From: Conidiobolus incongruus B7586
Taxonomy: Eukaryota
Assembly: GCA_000697335.1 (NCBI GenBank)
Contig: JNEM01012943.1
Coordinates: 1 to 60,358, forward strand
Direction: 5' to 3'
DNA: 60,358 bases
Shown one piece after another: positions 53,087-60,358 of this stretch. The first letter of the stretch is position 1. Each line of letters begins with the position of its first letter. The notes under the pieces were generated by a model. It saw only the letters and a program-made list of their open reading frames with translations, was not told where the DNA came from and made no database searches. The translations under genes and the position numbers were made by a program.

Positions 53087-53810
53087 TTAATCTTCTTTAA
53101 TAGGAGCGGTTTTTAAAGCTTTAGATTGTAATAAAGAAAATGGGCCACCAGCGATACTACCCAATGCAACATCAAAAATAACCGGAATAGGCCATTGCTA
53201 AATAAAAATAGATATGATTCCATTAAATTAAAGAATTGATCAAATTACCTGCCAATTCTTTTCCCGATCCAAAGGTAAAACAAAATAACTTAACAGTTCT
53301 CAAAAATTGAACATTAAATTTCGAAGGAAATATGGTTCTAAACTATATCAAATATTATTAAATTACATATATATGAAAATAATTTAACTTATCTTTATCT
53401 TTTAGTAATATTGATAAGAGGTCTATTATCTAATACAAAATTTATTTAGGGAATCAAAGGCAATGCTGAGAAAATGGTTAAAGATATGCTTCTTAATAAA
53501 AGATGTTGAATTTCAGACCTAATCAAAAATTGTAAGTAAATTTTTAAGGAATAAGTTAAATAAATTTAATACTCCAAAACATGAAAACCAAAAATAATGA
53601 AGAGAGTAAAGAAACAAGTAGTAAAGAATGATATACCTAACAAATAATGAAGTAATACCTAATAAAAATAATCATTCATCTGATAAAATGTAATTAATAT
53701 TATATTATTACCTTAAAATTCAAAGAGGTTTTAGCATTTACACTTGAATTTACTTTTTTAATTACTTCATAAACATGTAATACAGAGTAAAACAAATAAA
53801 TATATTTCAT
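53087..53810 (-). pseudogene. PIG-F/Gpi11-like GPI biosynthesis gene, apparently disrupted
   Basis: Exons give ..IIFGFHV.. and LPLDREKNWQQWPIP (family motif PLDWxRxWQxWP). In-frame TAA at 53446-53448 and TGA at 53300-53302, and the intron-3 donor reads AT instead of GT (~53392). Confidence 0.75.
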
Positions 53811-54184
53811 TTATTTAAAATTATTGAAAAAGTTATTAAAACCAAATACCCAAATTAAAATGAATAAAGTTCAGCGTGTAATGATCGAGTGAATATTAAA
53901 ACTGTTTAAATTGCTGTTAGATTGAGTTCGAGAGCTTGAGTATAAAAAATTGTTTTTCGGTGATTGATAAGCTGTAGTATCCATTTTAGTCATTTATAGT
54001 TGTTAAATATCAAATGATTAAAAAGATAGGACTATTTATTTGTTAGCTTTTATATTAATCATCAAATAAAAATAATTATGGGAAATTTACCTAATTATGA
54101 ATAACAATATAGTTTTGATGAATAATGCTAATATTTATTGTTTAAAATTACAAAGTACTGATTATATATTTACGTAATTGTTAG

Positions 54185-55243
54185 TTATTGCTGATTTTTG
54201 GGATGTGACCAACGTTCTGGAGCAACTGGCTGGGCGTCTTTGATCTTAGGGTTTTCCTTTAATTCACGTTCAACCGGAGCTCTCAAGTCCGTTTGCTTGA
54301 CAATTAATCTGTCTGCAAAATGGTGATTGGTGTCTCTGTGAAGTGCTTCATCAGCTCTGATGGCTAAAACAACATCTCTAATAGTAGCATTATCTTCTAG
54401 GTGCCAGTAATCGATGGCAATTTGAGGAGCAGGACCATTTTCAATGTTGCCTTTGTCAATCTCATTAATAAAGGATGTATAACTAATAACAGCTTCTTCT
54501 TCAAGATATCCTACAACTCTATGTGCTGTGATAGGATGGATAAGGTATAGTAAGAAGAAAGCGTTGTAAAAGACACCTTGTACAAGAGTAATTAAACCTC
54601 TTTCCCAAAGCTTAGGTTGACTTACTCGCATCCATGTCATTAAGTGCATTCTTTCGTTTTCAGCTTCGTGGAGTAAATGATGAATCCACCCACCATCATG
54701 CTTCATCAATCTTAAACTTTGCAGATGACGAATAGTGGCACCTACCATTCCAGGGACTGCAGCAACAGTTTCCAGCATAACAGCCCTATGAACATATTTC
54801 TTTTTAAAGAACCAATCGGTTGGTTTTCTCAATAACTTGACGACATTCAAAGCTATTTTATCGGATATTGTTACAGGAACTCTATGGGACTTCAGATTGA
54901 TATCCAATTTTTCCAGCTCTTCAGAACTCAAACCTCTGTAGAAAACATTACGAATAGGCTCGGGATGAACGGGTACTTGCAACTCATCTGGCATAGACTT
55001 GAAAATTTGTTCTAAAGTCATGGTGTCTTTTGGCTTGTTGCTTGGCTTTTGATGGGGTGGAGGTTGGTTCTGGGATGACAAATTAGCAGAGCCATCTTGT
55101 TTAATTGAAGAATAAAGGCGTTTGTAAGCTGAATGGTTAAGAGAGGAGTTGTATAACAAGGTAGAGCTGATTGGATGAAGTTTGTTAGCGACTTGGTTAA
55201 GTTTTATAACTTTGAATTTGATACTTTTGTTAATTAAAGGCAT
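54185..55243 (-). CDS. AOX: Mitochondrial alternative oxidase, intronless, 352 aa
   Basis: [27 protein letters not shown] and RADEALH di-iron motifs; basic/hydroxylated N-terminal presequence. Confidence 0.97.
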   Translation of the reverse strand: MPLINKSIKFKVIKLNQVANKLHPISSTLLYNSSLNHSAYKRLYSSIKQDGSANLSSQNQPPPHQKPSNKPKDTMTLEQIFKSMPDELQVPVHPEPIRNVFYRGLSSEELEKLDINLKSHRVPVTISDKIALNVVKLLRKPTDWFFKKKYVHRAVMLETVAAVPGMVGATIRHLQSLRLMKHDGGWIHHLLHEAENERMHLMTWMRVSQPKLWERGLITLVQGVFYNAFFLLYLIHPITAHRVVGYLEEEAVISYTSFINEIDKGNIENGPAPQIAIDYWHLEDNATIRDVVLAIRADEALHRDTNHHFADRLIVKQTDLRAPVERELKENPKIKDAQPVAPERWSHPKNQQ

Positions 55244-55491
55244 TTTGGAAAATTGAATTGGATGATGTTGATGGATTGAGACCTTTATATATTCGTCAAA
55301 TCAAATATTCGGAATTACCAGGGATTTGGGAGTGATGATCTAACCTATCAAATCCTAATTTTCCCTTTATAACAACCTCAGTTTTTATTCACAATTTATT
55401 TCCAAATTGAATCAATAACTAAATTTTTAGATATTTGAGGAATAAAATGGATCAAAGAACTGATTGGATAAATATAAAATATACTAATTTC

Positions 55492-55960
55492 TGTGGTAAT
55501 CCTAAATTGTCAACTTCTATCTTTGGATTCACACCCAAAGTTCCTTTAAATATGCAGAATCGCACAATTCTCCTAATACTCCAACAACACATAAAGCACC
55601 CTTTTGACATACACTCTCAACGCTATCTTTTCCATTCCTTCTTCGACTACTATCTATTATAACCCCTCCTATTCCCTATCATCTACCACTAATTTATAAT
55701 TAATCATTTATACCCTGAACCCTTTTGAAAATGACGCATAATCTAACATTAATATCAATACATCAACAATCGTTCGAACCAATACTCGTGCAGTTAGTCG
55801 TTGCACAAGTTATCAAGTACTCGCCTCTGGTCGTCAGTAGCCTACATCAGTTCATTATAGCTCGAATTTTTCAACATGTCAGCAATGCTCTATTTCCGAA
55901 TCTTCTAACTGAAACAATTCCTATTAATCCATCATATTTGATAAGTCTTAATTTCGTAAC
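55492..55960. mobile_element. Possible eroded LTR-like/TE island upstream of AOX
   Basis: C-rich island starting TGTGGTA (55492) with inverted TACCAC at ~55684-55689; the composition shift continues to ~55960. Confidence 0.3.
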
Positions 55961-56104
55961 TAAATGTTATCCAATATAAAATGATGATATCATCTTCATT
56001 CACTAGTCAAGTTTAAAAAAATAAAATTGCCTAATAAAGAATTTCCCAAATTTCTTTTCTATATATTTTGCATTATATTCTATTAAACAATGAATCTCAA
56101 CAAT

Positions 56105-56106
<2 letters not shown>

Positions 56107-56142
<36 letters not shown>
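56107..56142. repeat. (TA)n microsatellite; shorter (TA)n tracts also at ~8399-8419, ~12626-12643 and ~47088-47109
   Basis: Direct reading of alternating TA runs. Confidence 0.9.
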
Positions 56143-56144
<2 letters not shown>

Positions 56145-56285
56145 TAGAATTTTGTATTTTTAACTAAATATGAATAAAAATAGCAAAATTTTATTTGCTA
56201 TTTTTTGGAATAAATGAATGTATTTTAGAAATATAGTTAATCATTTCAATTTAAGATTTCCACTTATTTAAAAATACTGGTATTA

Positions 56286-56638
56286 TAATAATTGTTGTGC
56301 TTTATAATGTTTTGTAAATAAAAATGGTTGTTAGAAAAGTACTCATAATACAATTTAGTAAATTATTTATAATCCTGCTCTTTAACATATCAAGACTATA
56401 TATCTTAAAGCTTACTTATTGTTGAGACATTGTAGCAGAATATCTAGAAAAATCTTTTTTATCCTTGTCACTTCTGGGTTTAAATAATTCATTCAATGTG
56501 ATATAGGATTTGGATAAATTCTAATAAAAGGAGATAAAGAACATCATTTGATTAAAGACCAACAAAACCACTATAGACGAGGAGTAATATGGACTTAACT
56601 ATCAAATCAAGACAGGTGGGTATTTTCAAAATACAGTA
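56286..56638 (-). mobile_element. Dispersed repeat copy B; decayed coding remnant resembling a LINE ORF2 C-terminal (zf-RVT-like) region
   Basis: Shares two blocks with 1376-1565. Minus-strand translation through stops gives HITPRL*WFCWSLIK*...NPEVTRIKKIFLD...INNLLNCIMSTFLTTIFIYK. Confidence 0.45.
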
Positions 56639-59600
56639 TAAAATTGAATTTGATAGAAAATTTATTATAATTAATTATTTTAATAAATACAAATAATATT
56701 CTGGAAATTAAGTAATGATGTTTATTTTAATTCGTTATTATTCAAGGGTGAGCGAATATACTGGTTTTCAATTTTTGTAATAATTCTTATGTAATAAATT
56801 TATTTATCATAATATTAATTATTTTTAATAATTCATCACCATCAAGACATAAACATTTCAAGACTTAAATTATTGAACTTGATGTAAATTCAATAGCTAA
56901 TGTTTGATATAGTATACTTTTTAGAATATTGATTTAACAATAGTTGATTATATTTAAAAACAAATTTGAAAAATTTTTTCGATTGAGTTTAATCTTGTAA
57001 TATTAATATTCTCATATATATATGTACTATTAATTATTTTTGTTGATATTATTATGGGAATTAATATAAAATTATATGAATCAAAATATTTAACCAATAT
57101 TAAGTGAATTATCATAATATTCTTAAGAGATACTCATTGTTTAAAGATTCATTAAAATATAAATAAAAATATAATATAATTATATAGTATTATGGATAAT
57201 GAATTATCCAAATGCATAATGTATATAATAATTGATCAAATAATTTAATATTAATAATGTATAAGAAACATTAAAATATACTAAAATATACAAATAGGGA
57301 TATTAATATAATTAAAGGCTATAAATCCAAAGTCATTTTTGATTACAAATCTTCAAATACTTTTTAATAATTGGCTATATTAAAATAGAAAATTTTTAAT
57401 AATGGATTAATCAGTGACAGTCAATTAAATAAAACCAACTAATATTATTTCATCATTGAATTAAAAGCCTATTTGAAGTTCTTGATTTTAACATAATTTG
57501 TATTATAATCTATATATGTTTGATATTTTAATAATTGCAAAATATTTTAAGTCAATATTTGTAATAATATTATTTGATATTGATGAAAAATTTTATATAA
57601 TCTTATCCAGTAATTATATTTTATTTTTTTGGTCAAAGATTAAAAAAGCATATTATTCATTATTTTCTAAAAAGGAAAAAATAACAAGTATGTAAAATGA
57701 GCTTAATTAATAAGTTGATAATATATTCACTTTATATCATTTTCGAACAAAAACCATTCAAAAAAGTGTTATTACTTATTTTTAGAGTAAAATATACTAA
57801 ATTCTAATTATGTAATTCTATAGATTCAAACCTTATTCAAGAAAATAAAACTATACTCGTCTGTTACGCTGATATATTCAATATAAGTTTGCGGATAATT
57901 CATTACATATTATAAAATAGTCAATATAAATAAATTAGTTATAATAGCAAAGTTAAATTTTAATTTGATCATTTGTTATTCATTATATTATCTATTGATC
58001 GAATTAGGGTAAATTTAGGTTGATATAATATTAAACATTCAATTAAATGTTATAAATTAACTATAAACTCTAAATTCATACAACACATCATAAACCACAA
58101 TACATTGAGCGAATGCTTATAAAGTGATTCCTATAGCGTTCAGCTAACGAAAAATTTATGCCTTAATATGGTCTTTTAAATTGATAGATAAATTGACTTT
58201 GATTTTAGATATAAATGACCATATATATCCATGAAATAATTATCAAGTACATAATAAAAATATCAACAAATTTCCAAATCATCATCATTTTAATTCTTTG
58301 ACTTTATTAATAATAATTTTATATTTAAACAATCTAAAAATATTTGTCAATTTATAGCCACATTTGTTAAAAAAATATTATACTTATTCATTCCAACTAA
58401 ATAGTAAAGTTGACTATTGATTATGAATATTATTTATAACCTAATTAGATTATTTTGAACTCCGCTATTTTTTAAATTTATGTTCATTCTCCAGAATTAC
58501 GTTCCTATTACTTGAATTCATAGGAGAAAGTAGCTTATCAAAATATAAATCTTAGTTAAAAAGTACCTATTTATTCCATAGCTGCTGATTCATATCTTAA
58601 AAGCATAATTTGTTATTAGAATATTTCTATTTAATTATCACTTAAATACTAAGTTCAAAATCAAGATATTAGTTGGTATTAGTGATAAATAATAATTTTA
58701 ATATTTCTGATTCTAATGGATCTTCATTATAAAAACTATTATAAAATCATATATTATCAATATCTGGATATATAACTAACAGTTTATTACTTTAAGATAC
58801 TTGAATAATCTAATTAATTCAAGTCTTTTCAAAGTTGGAACAATTAAATGATATCAGAGAAAAGAATATTGATTTTAACAAATTATTTAGTATAGTAATT
58901 TATTATTCAAACATGATACTTTGATTTTAACATTTGTATCAATAATATGTAATAAAATCAAATACCCAATATTCCATCATTTATATAATTTGACTAAATA
59001 TTAGGAAAATTTCAGAATATACAAGTATATAATATTTAGTATAAAAATTAAATTTAGCCCAATCCGAATATTTATTCATGGAAATTTTGCTTTTTTCCAA
59101 CAAGTTATTATTACTCAAATAGCCAAGTTTTTAGCTATAGAATATTAAATATTATCTGGAGCTGAGGTACACAGGTTAATGGAGCATTATGAATACTACA
59201 CCTGAGCTCAAGTTTCCCAAATATTATATCATCATTTTTCAACTATTTGAATTAAATCACATTCATTTAGTCTGATACTATTTTCTTGGTCATAATTTAG
59301 GTTGTTTTAAGTATATTTATAAATTTTCTCACTATACTAATATTAAGTCTTTATTCCAATTTTATTTACTATCTAATACTAACAAATTCCAATATATCTA
59401 TTATTATACTTCAAAATTAGTATTTGATTTTTTATTATTCTTAGAATTTCCATTGGTTTTGAACATAATTTTCAATATTTAATCAATGTTCACATAAATT
59501 ATCATTTATAGCACAAATACTTTGGTATTATTTTATAATTGAATTTAGCTTGAAATAATATAACGCTATATATTATAAATAAAATATAATTAGTTTTGAA

Positions 59601-60358
59601 TATATTTCTTCTTCGAATATATAAAAATAAGCTAAAAACTAATCATATAATTTTATTTATTGTTTAAAAATTTATAACTACATAAATTTCAAGTCCATTC
59701 AAACTTTACTCAATTTATTGTGTTAAAAATCTTTTTTCAATAAGGAAGCAATATCTAGCACAAACAAAACAAAATTTTTGATATAAGAGTCTTTTTAAAG
59801 CACCAAATCAAGACAACAATTAATAAGCCTAATTGCTCATAAAAGGATTTTTTGTTAATAATATAATTTTTCTATTATTAGATCAAATTATAATAATGAA
59901 TAACTTTGCTTTTGAAAAGATAAATATAAGTATATAAGAGAATTATTACTTTGTAATTTAAATAATGAGAATTTTTTGTGATTGAAAAAAATAAAGATTT
60001 TAATATATAAAAAGTAAAAATAAATATATAATATAAAATTAATAATTTTTTTTATTTCTAATAACTTTTTATTATTTTTTTAATAAAGATTTAACACCTA
60101 AAAAATAATTCTTTTTATTAAAGACTAAAATTTAATATTTCACAAATTAATTAAATTTCTTTATAGAAATTTTTTTTTATAAGCTAGTTTTTTAATTACC
60201 TAAAATAATTATAATTACATAAGTTATAATCTAAATAATATACTAGATATAATAGTTTTTTCTAGTTATTTTTAATTAGAAAGTTTTTTATAATATTAAA
60301 TTTATATATTTTATAATTTTCATATAAAATAATAAGTTTTCTTAAATTATTTTAAGAA

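Noticed and set aside
53300..53448. Stop-codon reassignment or U12 AT-AC splicing as an explanation for the PIG-F lesions
   Set aside because: TAA, TAG and TGA all terminate intact genes in this window. The AT donor lacks the U12 ATATCCTT consensus and the intron ends in AG.

Overview
Very AT-rich eukaryotic genomic DNA with many short (~45-75 nt) GT-AG introns. Gene content and intron style point to an early-diverging fungus (inference; Zoopagomycota/Entomophthorales-like). Supported genes in order: VPS11, an MCH1-like MFS transporter, a small 2-TM PY-motif protein, an intronless ACU/P2C-like P-type ATPase, initiator tRNA-Met, a secreted nearly uncharged S/T/G/N/Q-rich protein, a SERF protein, a second paralogous intronless ATPase, a synaptojanin-like phosphatase (~24 introns), UBX5-like, a CC2D1/Lgd-like DM14+C2 protein, ALE1-like MBOAT, an orphan membrane ORF, an Slt2/Mpk1-type MAPK, a disrupted PIG-F/GPI11 copy and an intronless alternative oxidase. 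Intergenic DNA holds decayed tRNA copies, several solo-LTR-like islands and a dispersed repeat resembling a LINE 3' end. The most striking signals are: (1) both P-type ATPases lack the normally invariant M4 PEGL glutamate (PAGL and PVGL) but keep the phosphorylation and hinge motifs; (2) redundant sequences show heavy C>T/G>A decay, entirely CpG-focused in one tRNA-Gly copy, while the neighbouring functional tRNA keeps its CpGs; (3) a fungal CC2D1/Lgd-like gene; (4) an amyloid/beta-solenoid-like secreted protein. All exon structures and alignments were done by eye and no searches were run.
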